The position numbers were made by a program, and so were the translations under genes. A stretch of DNA of 64,000 bases, from IMG/VR virus record IMGVR_UViG_3300042879_003054; one strand, 5' to 3'. The notes below the pieces were generated by a model, which did not search any database, was not told the origin of the DNA, and saw only the letters and a list, made by a program, of their open reading frames with translations. The stretch's first letter is position 1. Every line of letters begins with the position of its first letter. The stretch comes from a virus. Below, piece after piece: positions 18,539-27,794 of this stretch.

Positions 18539-20134
18539 TTAGATTCCAAATTTACGTCTAAATGCTTCAAAGTTTATTTGGATTTCTTCATTTGTCAATT
18601 CACGATTATAAATCATCACGTTGTTCCATAAGCAACTATAGTTATTTGTTCCTGTTCCAAAGATTTTATCAAGATTAATTTGATCAGAATTATTCCAATC
18701 GTTAGAAGAACCTAAAGTTTTGGCATTTCCATTTGTAGAAATAAAGGTATAGTAATTCGTCGTAACACCAAAAACAACAAAAGTCCAATCAGAAAAAGAT
18801 GCTGATTGACTTGATGGTATAGGGTTTGATGTGTTAGTACTCGGATAAGATCTACCGGCACCCCAAACAATTCTTACTGCACCTTGCCCACCATCTCCAC
18901 CATCCCTCACATATCTATAAGTTGATGTAGAAGTTCTTGAACCACCTCCACCACCATAAAGTCCTCCTACCGATCTACTCGTTTGAGACGTAGAATTTCC
19001 AGATGAAGATGTTCCTCTACTTCCATCAGATCCAGGTGACCCAGAATTTACGGTTAGAGATGTTGATCCACCTGTTCCTCCAAATCCATTAGATCCAGAT
19101 GCATATATTCCAACTCCACCACCAGGATTAACTACTTCCTCAGTTATAGAAGTAGAACTATTTCCACCTCCACCTCCGCCTCCACCAGAACCATTAGACC
19201 CATTTGCGCTAAGCGTACCGCCATTTGCACCGGCACCACCATTTCCAGTATATCCGCCAGCACCTCCTCCTCCACCACCACGACTACTACTTCCATTACC
19301 ACCATTACCACCAGAACCACCATTAGTCCTCATGGTTCCACTGGAAGATCCTCCACTACCACCACTTGCATCAGTAAAGATTCCATATGCCCCACCACCT
19401 CCTCCTCCACCTTCAAGAAGAGAAGTGCCAGAATGTGATACTGTTTTTATATAACTAGATTCACCAGAATTTCCAGTAGTTCCTGCAGAACCAGCATTAT
19501 TATAATTGTAGGAACGACCACCAGTTCCACCGGCACCAACTCTAATATAAAGAGTATCTCCAGGAGTTACAGAAGTGGAACCATAAGCAAGTCCTCCTCC
19601 TCCACCTCCAGCACCCTCATGATTACTATCACCACCACCGGCACCTCCACCACCACCAATACAAACAGCAGTGATAGAAGTTACCCCAACAGGAACAGAC
19701 CAGGTTGTAGTGCCAACTGAAGTGAATACTTTTTGTCCTTCTATTTTTATATTATCTTTTATTTCCCACCCATTAGAAGTTCCATATCTTCCAAATTCAA
19801 TTGCTTTAGTTCCAGATTGTTGCTGAAACCAATAATTCCATTCACTATTTGTTAAAGTCTGTGGTTTAATCATCATACAAATAGTAAAACCACTACCTGT
19901 TGAAGCAGATACAGAAACATTTGTATTGCTTATATAAGATGTTGAACCTGTTGATATAAAATGACTTGTGGTCCCTGAAGATACAAATGTTTGATTGAAT
20001 GAAGTATTAGTTGCACCATATCCAACTAGATTCTTGATTGCTGTTCCGACACCAGAATATGATTTTGGATTTCCGGCATCATTCAGATAAATCAACCCAT
20101 CAGTAACGATTCTAGTTTTAATGTATCTTCCCAT
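18539..20134 (-). CDS. Fiber/adhesin-like protein: LamG-like domain with inserted glycine-rich domain
   Basis: IVTDGL..DAGNPKSY at the N-terminus and IYNRELTNEEI at the C-terminus flank a long polyGly region. Confidence 0.7.
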   Translation of the reverse strand: MGRYIKTRIVTDGLIYLNDAGNPKSYSGVGTAIKNLVGYGATNTSFNQTFVSSGTTSHFISTGSTSYISNTNVSVSASTGSGFTICMMIKPQTLTNSEWNYWFQQQSGTKAIEFGRYGTSNGWEIKDNIKIEGQKVFTSVGTTTWSVPVGVTSITAVCIGGGGGAGGGDSNHEGAGGGGGGLAYGSTSVTPGDTLYIRVGAGGTGGRSYNYNNAGSAGTTGNSGESSYIKTVSHSGTSLLEGGGGGGGAYGIFTDASGGSGGSSSGTMRTNGGSGGNGGNGSSSRGGGGGGAGGYTGNGGAGANGGTLSANGSNGSGGGGGGGGNSSTSITEEVVNPGGGVGIYASGSNGFGGTGGSTSLTVNSGSPGSDGSRGTSSSGNSTSQTSRSVGGLYGGGGGSRTSTSTYRYVRDGGDGGQGAVRIVWGAGRSYPSTNTSNPIPSSQSASFSDWTFVVFGVTTNYYTFISTNGNAKTLGSSNDWNNSDQINLDKIFGTGTNNYSCLWNNVMIYNRELTNEEIQINFEAFRRKFGI

Positions 20135-20338
20135 TTAATTATCAACTTTTTTCTTGTATTTATGAGCACAAGCGCTCCTTGCCCAAGCACGACTTGGACT
20201 ATTTACATAAGAACAAGACTTTTGCTTTTCCTTACAGTGAGGTCATTTTGCATCTGGGGGATCAGCAATATATCCATCAGGAGTGTACATCCTCTTCTTT
20301 TTAAGATTCTCAGATTGTTTTCTTTTACGATGATTCAT
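20098..20338 (-). pseudogene. Small Cys-rich ORF with in-frame TGA at codon 32
   Basis: MNHRKRKQ...DPPDAK*PHCKEKQKSCSYVNSPSRAWARSACAHK...; the frame stays open past the TGA. Confidence 0.5.
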
Positions 20339-20646
20339 ACCATAAAAGGTTCTGCTTGCCTATCAGGAAGTTTGATTTGTGGTAATTGATTAATTTTCTC
20401 AACCATCCACTCATCTTGATGCTCTTGATAAGGTTTGGTATTGATAGCAATTTCATTCGTTGGCAGTGCCTTTGGTATCTCAACATCAATCACCTGACCC
20501 ATCAGAAACTTATTGCGAGTATAAGTGCGGTTTTGGGGATCAAAAGAAACCATCGCAAGAGCATCTTCCTCCAAACCACAATCCATAAGTTTTTTTCCAG
20601 TGTTTCTATTAATTACCGAAAAATATTCTTCATTATACTTTTTCAT
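20335..20646 (-). CDS. Hypothetical protein
   Basis: ORF track; AAGGA RBS upstream. Confidence 0.65.
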   Translation of the reverse strand: MKKYNEEYFSVINRNTGKKLMDCGLEEDALAMVSFDPQNRTYTRNKFLMGQVIDVEIPKALPTNEIAINTKPYQEHQDEWMVEKINQLPQIKLPDRQAEPFMV

Positions 20647-20755
20647 TTTTAGTTTCCTTTTCTTTATTATACCCCCTGTTCATGGGTCTGTAAAGTTGTG
20701 GCCAAGTATCACGAATGATCTCATCCAATTTATAAGGTGTTTCTGAACTAATCAT
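20633..20755 (-). CDS. Small hypothetical protein (40 aa)
   Basis: Hand translation MISSETPYKLDEIIRDTWPQLYRPM...; overlaps the gnd stop (ATGA). Confidence 0.5.
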   Translation of the reverse strand: MISSETPYKLDEIIRDTWPQLYRPMNRGYNKEKETKNEKV

Positions 20756-21783
20756 CTAACGTGATGTCCCCCAAACATAAACCTCATTCCGTTCAAGATT
20801 TTTGCTCCAAATGATCCAAGATTGCGTGAGTTAAATCTTTCAAATAGCGCAGTAGTAATGACAGGAGCGGGAACCCCCAGATCCACAGCGGCAGAAACAG
20901 TCCAACGACCCTCACCGCTGTCGGATACGCCTCCAGAGAACTGTTTAAGGCTACCATCCCTGCGTAGCACATCAGCAGTAAGGTCAAGTAACCAAGACCC
21001 AACCACGCTACCACGACGCCATAACTCAGCAACCTCAGCAACATCAATATCATAGCAATAGGATTCCGGGTCTGCCATTGGGGCAACCTCTGCATCTCCT
21101 TCTCTGACATACTGAGCACCTGCATTTGCATTCTTGATAATGTTGAATCCTTCTGCGTATGCCTGCATAATACCATACTCAATACCATTATGCACCATCT
21201 TTACAAAGTGCCCTGCACCTGGTCCACCACAATGCAACCACCCATATTCAGCAGAAGTTATGTCTGAGTCAAATTGAGTCCTGGGGGCAGCGTCAATTCC
21301 TGGGGAGAGTGCATTAAAAATGCGCGAACAAGTGGAGACTGCAGTATCTCCACCTCCAACCATAAGACAGTATCCACGATCCAAACCGTAAACACCACCA
21401 CTAGTCCCGCAATCAATATACTGGATACCCTGCTTTGCAAGTCGTTCTGCTCTCTTCCGACTGTCCTTAAAATTGCTATTGCCATGATCAATAATAATAT
21501 CTCCTTCACCACAATATCGTAGTAACTCATTAATCGTCTCCTCTACTGTTTCTACAGGAACTACCATCTGAAAAATTCCTGGTTTATTTTGTCCCTTGAC
21601 TACTTGAACAAGGCTTTGTATAGAAGTTGTAACACCATTAACATATCCGTTTTTGTATGCTTCTTGTGCTTTTTCATAATTTCTACGATACCCCCAAACT
21701 TCTATTCCTGCCTTCATCATACGACGAGACATTCCTTCACCCATTCTACCTAATCCAATTAATCCTACTTTCATTTTTTCCAA
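20752..21783 (-). CDS. gnd: 6-phosphogluconate dehydrogenase
   Basis: GLGRMG, DCGTSGG, GHFVKMVHNGIEY and DSGEGRW motifs. Confidence 0.96.
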   Translation of the reverse strand: MEKMKVGLIGLGRMGEGMSRRMMKAGIEVWGYRRNYEKAQEAYKNGYVNGVTTSIQSLVQVVKGQNKPGIFQMVVPVETVEETINELLRYCGEGDIIIDHGNSNFKDSRKRAERLAKQGIQYIDCGTSGGVYGLDRGYCLMVGGGDTAVSTCSRIFNALSPGIDAAPRTQFDSDITSAEYGWLHCGGPGAGHFVKMVHNGIEYGIMQAYAEGFNIIKNANAGAQYVREGDAEVAPMADPESYCYDIDVAEVAELWRRGSVVGSWLLDLTADVLRRDGSLKQFSGGVSDSGEGRWTVSAAVDLGVPAPVITTALFERFNSRNLGSFGAKILNGMRFMFGGHHVR

Positions 21784-21977
21784 TCCTCATAAACTTTTCT
21801 AAAATACATATCCACTTTATTCAAACTATCTAAATGAATATCGCAAACATAATTATGATCATCACACCATTGTAAAGCAATGGTGTGAAATTTTTCTTCA
21901 CTCATAACTCTCTTGACACCGTACAATCTAGAAAATGATGACATCACAAAATGCCAGCACTGATGTTCCGATTTCAT
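21771..21977 (-). CDS. Hypothetical protein
   Basis: ORF overlapping the talC stop and the gnd start. Confidence 0.6.
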   Translation of the reverse strand: MKSEHQCWHFVMSSFSRLYGVKRVMSEEKFHTIALQWCDDHNYVCDIHLDSLNKVDMYFRKVYEDWKK

Positions 21978-22633
21978 TTTTGATTTTTAATAACCTCTTC
22001 CCAATCTTTCTGAAAGAGTTCTAAACCCTTATCAGTCATAATGTTTTTATACATTGCCCAGAATACAATCGGAGGAATTGTAACCACATCAGCACCCGCA
22101 ATAATAGATTGTTCTACTTGCCGAACATCACGAAGCGATGCTGCAAGAATCTCTGTTTGTGAAAATGAATGATCATATACTTTACGAATATTTTTAATCA
22201 ACTCAATACCATCAATTGAATTGTCCATCCAACGACCAACGAAAGGTGAGATAAATGTTGCTCCTGCTTTAGATGCAAGAATTGCCTGTGCTACTGAGAA
22301 CACAAGAGTTACATTTGTTTTAATTCCTTTATCAGAAAGTGTTTTACAAGCCTTAAGTCCTTCTACAGTACAAGGAACTTTAATGGTAACCGCAGGAGCG
22401 ATTGTGTAATATTGTTGTGCTTGTGAAATCATTTCTTCGGCAGTATCTGCAACTACCTCTGCTGAAATGCTTTCTAAATTTGGAAATATATCTGAAATTT
22501 CATTAATAACTTCTTGGAGTTGTCTACCACTCTTAAGAATTAAAGTGGGATTTGTAGTAACTCCATCTAATAGTCCAGTATCATATGCTGAACTAATCAT
22601 TGAAACATCTGCCGTATCTAAAAAGATCTTCAT
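21974..22633 (-). CDS. talC: Transaldolase (TalC family)
   Basis: IFLDTAD, GVTTNPT, IKVP, SPFVGR and LAASLR motifs. Confidence 0.96.
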   Translation of the reverse strand: MKIFLDTADVSMISSAYDTGLLDGVTTNPTLILKSGRQLQEVINEISDIFPNLESISAEVVADTAEEMISQAQQYYTIAPAVTIKVPCTVEGLKACKTLSDKGIKTNVTLVFSVAQAILASKAGATFISPFVGRWMDNSIDGIELIKNIRKVYDHSFSQTEILAASLRDVRQVEQSIIAGADVVTIPPIVFWAMYKNIMTDKGLELFQKDWEEVIKNQK

Positions 22634-22711
22634 AAAAGAAAAAGAACTCCTTAGTAATTATAAGAAGTTCTTTTTAGGTGTCTATGAATTGTTGGGATTT
22701 GAAGATATTAT

Positions 22712-23416
22712 TCAATATTTTTCAAGAGCATAAATTCCATTTTTCTCTACAATAGCAGAACAAGTATCACACCAATCACCACAGCACATATACAAAAGTT
22801 TATTAAAGTATCTGATGTTGCCGTGATGAATATGTCCGCAGATTATACCATCATATTTCTTATCTCTCTGAACACAAAATGATGCAATATCAGTCTCATA
22901 TTGATTGATATAGTTCTTACCCCGAACACTATTCTTCAGTGCATAAACCAAAGAGAATCTGAAGAATCTTTCCAGGAACAAACTGATCGGTGTAATCAAT
23001 TCATATCCTTTATTAAACATTAATTGTTTCCAGGAACCGGATGAATACTCGGAATACTTATCTCCATGAACACAAAGAAACTTATTACCTTTTGAATCTT
23101 TATGAGTATATTCATCTACCATTCGGAAGTTCTTATGTTCAAAGTTCGTATAACGACGAATCTCTGCTTCGTGATTTCCAAGAATATAAATGACTTCGGT
23201 TCCTTTCTTTGCTAGGTTTAGAATCTGATGAACACATTTTGTATGTTCTTTTGTCCAACGAGTATTATATTTTTCCATACAGTAGATGTCTATAATATCA
23301 CCTACCATTACTAACTTTTTAGTTTTTAAGTTTTTAAGAAAATTATAAAATTTTTCAGTATCACATCTTGGAGTGCCCAAATGAACATCAGATAGAAAAA
23401 CTGTATCGTAAGTCAT
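22712..23416 (-). CDS. Metallophosphoesterase (LpxH-like)
   Basis: SDVHLG, GDIID, GNHE, HGD and GHIH motifs. Confidence 0.85.
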   Translation of the reverse strand: MTYDTVFLSDVHLGTPRCDTEKFYNFLKNLKTKKLVMVGDIIDIYCMEKYNTRWTKEHTKCVHQILNLAKKGTEVIYILGNHEAEIRRYTNFEHKNFRMVDEYTHKDSKGNKFLCVHGDKYSEYSSGSWKQLMFNKGYELITPISLFLERFFRFSLVYALKNSVRGKNYINQYETDIASFCVQRDKKYDGIICGHIHHGNIRYFNKLLYMCCGDWCDTCSAIVEKNGIYALEKY

Positions 23417-23418
23417 AA

Positions 23419-23580
23419 TCAGAATCTTGATGGAGTATATTCAATATCTTCAAGAATATCATTTAATATTTCACCATATTCTTTGAATCGTTTATCTCCT
23501 GCAATAAAACGACGTTGACGCATCCATACAGCATCTGCCAGAAGTTTGATTTGGTCTTCTGTGAAGGTTATAGTTTTCAT
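23419..23580 (-). CDS. Hypothetical protein
   Basis: MKTITFTEDQIKLLADAVWMRQRRFIAGD. Confidence 0.6.
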   Translation of the reverse strand: MKTITFTEDQIKLLADAVWMRQRRFIAGDKRFKEYGEILNDILEDIEYTPSRF

Positions 23581-23686
23581 AGTTAAAAGGTAACTGTTGT
23601 ATGTATTAGAAATCTTGTGCGACTGATAATATGAACATAATAACACCGAAAAGTTCAAAGAGAAAGAGTATTAGAAGAAATGCCAT

Positions 23687-23715
23687 AAAAAAGGAGTTCT
23701 TGTAGAACTCCCTTA
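23687..23715 (-). terminator. Terminator after psbD
   Basis: AAGGAGTTCT/AGAACTCCTT hairpin with a U tract on the minus strand. Confidence 0.75.
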
Positions 23716-23721
23716 TTTATT

Positions 23722-24798
23722 TTAGAGTGCGTTGCCCCTCGGGAGAACTTCCTCTGGAAATACGAACCGTTCCCCTGGTTGGTCTACTGGTGCCATCCAT
23801 GCCCTTAACCCCTCATTAAGAAGTATATTTTTTGTGTAAAATGTCTCAAATTCCGGGTCTTCTGCGGCACGAATCTCCTGACTTACAAAATCATAAGCAC
23901 GAAGATTGAGAGCCAAACCAATAATACCAATAGAACTAGTCCAGAGACCCATAACGGGAACAAAAAGCATGAAAAAATGTAACCAACGCTTATTGGAAAA
24001 AGCAATTCCAAAAATCTGCGACCAGAATCGATTTGCAGTAACCATTGAATAAGTCTCTTCCTCTTGCGTAGGTTCAAATGCTTTGAACGTGTTTGCTTGA
24101 TTTCCATCTTCAAATAGAGTGTTTTCTACAGTTGCTCCGTGAATTGCACAGAGCAGTGCTCCTCCCAGTATACCAGCAACTCCCATCATATGAAAGGGGT
24201 TGAGCGTCCAGTTATGGAAACCTTGTAAGAATAGGAGGAACCTAAAAATCGCAGCAACACCAAACGACGGCGCAAAGAACCAACTGGATTGACCCAGTGG
24301 ATACATTAGGAATACAGAAACGAATACTGCAATGGGACCAGAGAATGCGATTGCATTATAAGGACGAATACCGACCAGACGAGCAATCTCAAACTGACGA
24401 AGCATAAATCCAATCAGAGCGAAAGACCCGTGGAGTGCCACAAAAGGCCAGAGTCCCCCAAGTTGGACCCAGCGGACGAAATCCCCCTGAGACTCAGGAC
24501 CCCAAAGTAGAAGAAGAGAATGACCCATAGCATCAGCAGGCGTTGACACAGCTGCCGTGAGGAAATTAGCACCCTCAAGGTAAGAAGACGCCAACCCGTG
24601 GGTGTACCAACTTGTAGCAAACGTTGTGCCAGTAAGCCAGCCACCAATGGCCAAATAAGCAGTGGGAAAAAGAAGTAATCCAGACCAACCCACAAAGACA
24701 AAGCGATCTCGTTTAAGCCAGTCATCCAGGACATCGAACCACCCCCTTTGTGAAATAGGTTGTGAAAGTGTAGAAGAAACCATAGTCTCCATTGTCAT
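23722..24798 (-). CDS. psbD: Photosystem II D2 protein
   Basis: Full-length D2: [16 protein letters not shown] ... [10 protein letters not shown]. Confidence 0.99.
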   Translation of the reverse strand: MTMETMVSSTLSQPISQRGWFDVLDDWLKRDRFVFVGWSGLLLFPTAYLAIGGWLTGTTFATSWYTHGLASSYLEGANFLTAAVSTPADAMGHSLLLLWGPESQGDFVRWVQLGGLWPFVALHGSFALIGFMLRQFEIARLVGIRPYNAIAFSGPIAVFVSVFLMYPLGQSSWFFAPSFGVAAIFRFLLFLQGFHNWTLNPFHMMGVAGILGGALLCAIHGATVENTLFEDGNQANTFKAFEPTQEEETYSMVTANRFWSQIFGIAFSNKRWLHFFMLFVPVMGLWTSSIGIIGLALNLRAYDFVSQEIRAAEDPEFETFYTKNILLNEGLRAWMAPVDQPGERFVFPEEVLPRGNAL

Positions 24799-24808
24799 TT
24801 CTCATATT

Positions 24809-24838
24809 TAGTTTACAATACTTTACAAAAGAGGTCAA
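24809..24838 (-). promoter_or_regulatory. psbD promoter with overlapping HLR1 (RpaB) direct repeat
   Basis: TTGACC-17-TAAACT on minus; TTTACAAT-ac-TTTACAAA on plus at 24812-24829. Confidence 0.7.
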
Positions 24839-24972
24839 TGAGTGTTTCTACTCATTCATAAATCATCCCAACAGTCAGTAAGACAAAGCAAAGTATTGTG
24901 AATATCATAAGTCCTATGCCTGCCCAGATTATCCAGTTAGGCATAGGTTCGTTTTGGGTATTATGACTCATA

Positions 24973-25665
24973 TTATTCTGCTCCTGGAATCTCATACCAC
25001 TTGATTGTTGTTCTTACAAAGTCGTTCTTCCCATCTTCAGAGTCTTTCCAGATTTTAGTGAAATAACTCTTTTCGTAGTAATCTTTAGTTGAAGTGATAA
25101 TAACTTTTGCCAACTTACCTGCGACAATTGTAGGAAATACGCAATCAAAGAAATCTTTCACTTTAGTATAAGAACTACTTCCAATCTCATCTAACAATAT
25201 AAGACTAAACGCTTGTCCCCTAGCAGTAGATGATGAAATAGATGCTGCAATAACTCTAGAACCATTTTCCAATTCAAATGTGGTTCTATTGTTTGTTATA
25301 ACACCCTGTTGCATCCATTTTGGTAAGTTTTCATATGAAACTTTAAGTCGGTCTAAAAGGTGTATTGAAGGCTTTCGATGATGTGAAAATATTCCAACAT
25401 TTCCATAATCTTGAAATATAATTTGATGAAGTATATAATAAATTGCAGTTGAAGATTTCCCTGCTATCTGTCTGGGTGCCTTCAGAATATTAAAGCGGTT
25501 GGTGTGATACTTATTGATGAGTTTCTCTTGTGGTTCATATAATTTAATACCAGTCAATCCATCTTTAAAATGATCAAATTTCACATAATTGTTGATAAAA
25601 TATACTGGGTCTTCCTTACACTTTTGTAGTTCCGTGATGTGTTCTTGTGTAAATTGTGTAAACAT
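24973..25665 (-). CDS. Stand-alone terminase large subunit ATPase-domain paralog
   Basis: KCKEDPVYFINNY, LYEPQ, PRQIAGKSST (Walker A), ELENGS, ARG, LILLDE (Walker B), IITST; no nuclease domain. Confidence 0.8.
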   Translation of the reverse strand: MFTQFTQEHITELQKCKEDPVYFINNYVKFDHFKDGLTGIKLYEPQEKLINKYHTNRFNILKAPRQIAGKSSTAIYYILHQIIFQDYGNVGIFSHHRKPSIHLLDRLKVSYENLPKWMQQGVITNNRTTFELENGSRVIAASISSSTARGQAFSLILLDEIGSSSYTKVKDFFDCVFPTIVAGKLAKVIITSTKDYYEKSYFTKIWKDSEDGKNDFVRTTIKWYEIPGAE

Positions 25666-25712
25666 AATATCTTATTGTTTATGACTATCTTAACAGAGTT
25701 GGGAGTCTTATG

Positions 25713-25862
25713 TCAATAAAAAGCATCTTTATTTAATTTATAAGTCTTTCCATTTACTGTAATTTTACCATCACCTTCTCCTGTCAATGCTTTTCGTAAT
25801 TGTTTACTTGCAACAGGGTCTCTGAGTATCTCTTCTAGTTTTTTACTTATAGGTAATTTCAT
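25713..25862 (-). CDS. Hypothetical protein (49 aa)
   Basis: MKLPISKKLEEILRDP...; start reassigned from the ORF track. Confidence 0.55.
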   Translation of the reverse strand: MKLPISKKLEEILRDPVASKQLRKALTGEGDGKITVNGKTYKLNKDAFY

Positions 25863-25866
25863 AGTC

Positions 25867-26037
25867 TTATTGGTGCTTTTGTAAATAGTGCTTTTGTAAA
25901 TATGCAACCAAATCTTTAAGGTAGTCAGATGCCTTATCCCAATCCCCATTAAACCTATCATTAAGTTCTTGATAGATTTTTTCTGCATTTTCAGGTGCTA
26001 GATTGGTTGCTTGAATAAATCCTTCTTTGGTAATCAT
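25867..26037 (-). CDS. Hypothetical protein (56 aa)
   Basis: Hand translation MITKEGFIQATNLAPENAEKIYQELNDRFNGDWDKASDYLKDLVAYLQKHYLQKHQ. Confidence 0.6.
   Translation of the reverse strand: MITKEGFIQATNLAPENAEKIYQELNDRFNGDWDKASDYLKDLVAYLQKHYLQKHQ
25873..25902. repeat. Perfect 15-bp tandem duplication
   Basis: GTGCTTTTGTAAATA x2, giving YLQKH-YLQKH. Confidence 0.9.
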
Positions 26038-26046
26038 AATTTTTTG

Positions 26047-26409
26047 TTAGTTGTCCAGGTATTGTAACATATTTTGTAGGGTTTGTCTATTGTCTCTTAT
26101 GAGACCCAGAGCAGTATTGCAATTATTACAGAGAACACCTCGTATTTTATTTGTGGAGTGGCAATGGTCAATACATTTTTTTCCCATTTTTTCTCTACAG
26201 GTTTTGCAATTTTCATTACTCATCAGGTCATTATATTGGTCCTCTGTAAGTTTAAATCTGCGCCTGGCGTATTCGTGGGTCTTATAATATTGCCTACGAA
26301 CCTCCCTTTCACAATCCTTACACTTTGATTGAACTCCAGAAGGTCTACCACTTCTTTTAGAGAAACTATCAAGTTCTTTTGTTTCTCCGCATCTGCTACA
26401 AGTTTTCAT
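26047..26409 (-). mobile_element. F-CphI-like homing endonuclease (Endonuclease VII family)
   Basis: CSRC..CKDC zinc finger, CKTC, IDHCH..IRGVLCNNCNTALG; immediately downstream of psbA; late promoter TATAAATA at 26436-26443. Confidence 0.82.
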
Positions 26410-26454
26410 TATGGTATGGAAGTTTGGTGTGGAACTATTTATACATTATAGCAT

Positions 26455-26481
26455 AAAAAAAGAGACCCGAAGGTCTCTTTC
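26455..26481 (-). terminator. Terminator after psbA
   Basis: AAAGAGACC-TTCG-GGTCTCTTTTTTT on minus (UUCG tetraloop). Confidence 0.85.
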
Positions 26482-26505
26482 GTGAAGAATTCTGTTTTAA
26501 GAAAC

Positions 26506-27585
26506 TCAACCGATGGTTGGAGCAGTCAAGGCCACAGGTGTGTTCTCAACAGCAGCAAGGTCCAAAGGAAAATTATGTGCATTTCTTTCGTGCATCACTT
26601 CGAGTCCGAGTCCAGCACGATTCAGAACATCAGCCCAGGTATTAACTACACGGTTCTGACTATCAACGATTGACTGGTTGAAATTAAAGCCATTCAAATT
26701 GAAAGCCATCGTAGAAACACCAAGAGCAGTGAACCAGATGCCTACAACGGGCCAGCTAGCAAGGAAGAAGTGCAGTGAACGTGAGTTATTAAAGGAAGCA
26801 TATTGGAAAATAAGGCGTCCAAAATAACCGTGAGCAGCAACGATGTTATAAGTCTCTTCTTCTTGACCGAACTTGTAACCATAGTTCTGCGATTCAGTTT
26901 CAGTTGTTTCACGAACCAGTGAAGAAGTCACAAGAGAACCGTGCATTGCGGAGAAAAGACTTCCTCCGAAGACACCAGCAACTCCAAGCATATGGAATGG
27001 GTGCATCAGGATGTTGTGCTCTGCCTGGAACACAAGCATGTAGTTGAACGTACCAGAGATACCAAGAGGCATACCATCAGAGAAAGAACCTTGACCGAAA
27101 GGATAGACCAAGAATACGGCAGTCGCAGCAGCAACAGGAGCACTGTAAGCAACCATAATCCAAGGACGCATACCAAGACGGTAAGAAAGTTCCCACTCAC
27201 GACCCATATAGCAGAAGACACCAATGAGGAAGTGGAAGACTACCAACTGGTAAGGACCACCATTATAGAGCCATTCATCAAGACTTGCTGCTTCCCAGAT
27301 AGGATAGAAGTGAAGTCCGATTGCGTTGCTTGAAGGAACAACAGCACCAGAAATGATGTTGTTTCCGTACATGAGTGAACCAGCAACAGGTTCACGAATA
27401 CCATCAATGTCCACCGGAGGTGCGGCAATGAAGGCGACGATGAAACATACAGTAGCAGCAAGCAGTGTAGGAATCATCAGAGTTCCGAACCAACCAACAT
27501 AAAGGCGGTTGTTCGTTGAAGTAACCCACTGGCAAAATTGTTCCCAGGAGTTAGTAGATTGTCTTTGTGCAATTGTAGCAGTCAT
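26506..27585 (-). CDS. psbA: Photosystem II D1 protein (intronless)
   Basis: Full-length D1: [11 protein letters not shown] ... [13 protein letters not shown]. Confidence 0.99.
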   Translation of the reverse strand: MTATIAQRQSTNSWEQFCQWVTSTNNRLYVGWFGTLMIPTLLAATVCFIVAFIAAPPVDIDGIREPVAGSLMYGNNIISGAVVPSSNAIGLHFYPIWEAASLDEWLYNGGPYQLVVFHFLIGVFCYMGREWELSYRLGMRPWIMVAYSAPVAAATAVFLVYPFGQGSFSDGMPLGISGTFNYMLVFQAEHNILMHPFHMLGVAGVFGGSLFSAMHGSLVTSSLVRETTETESQNYGYKFGQEEETYNIVAAHGYFGRLIFQYASFNNSRSLHFFLASWPVVGIWFTALGVSTMAFNLNGFNFNQSIVDSQNRVVNTWADVLNRAGLGLEVMHERNAHNFPLDLAAVENTPVALTAPTIG

Positions 27586-27597
27586 TTTACTTTAAAA

Positions 27598-27712
27598 AGA
27601 AATAAGTATGAGTATAGGGATTACTCGTTTACTGATTTCCTTCACTACCCTCAAGTGAAGGTAAGATGAGAGACGTTTTTATACACCCCATAGGTCCCGG
27701 TTAATGGGTGTT
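27598..27712 (-). ncRNA. PhotoRC-II-like structured psbA 5' leader
   Basis: Hairpins CACCC..GGGACC..GGGTG, CCTTCACT-TGAGGG-AGTGAAGG and GAGTA-ATCCC-TACTC with complementary loops (GAGGG/TCCCT; GGGAC/GTCTC); resembles the known cyanophage psbA motif (from memory). Confidence 0.75.
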
Positions 27713-27740
27713 TAACAATGTTAAGAATTATGAGGAATTC

Positions 27741-27790
27741 GTAACATTTGTTTACCTATTTATCATACTACGGTCTGCTTCTGGTGTCAA
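27741..27790 (-). promoter_or_regulatory. psbA sigma70 promoter with overlapping late-type TAAATA and HLR1-like site
   Basis: TTGACA-17-TATGAT followed by AAATA; GTAACATT-tg-TTTACCTA at 27741-27758. Confidence 0.75.
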
Positions 27791-27794
27791 GCAT

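Noticed and set aside
18900-19660. CCA/CCT-rich repeats
   Set aside because: Explained by polyglycine codons on the minus strand.
26941-27461. Alternative-frame and antisense ORFs within psbA (likewise in psbD and gnd)
   Set aside because: Expected by-products of GC-richer conserved genes.
26506-27585. Group I intron in psbA
   Set aside because: The reading frame is continuous and full length (359 aa).
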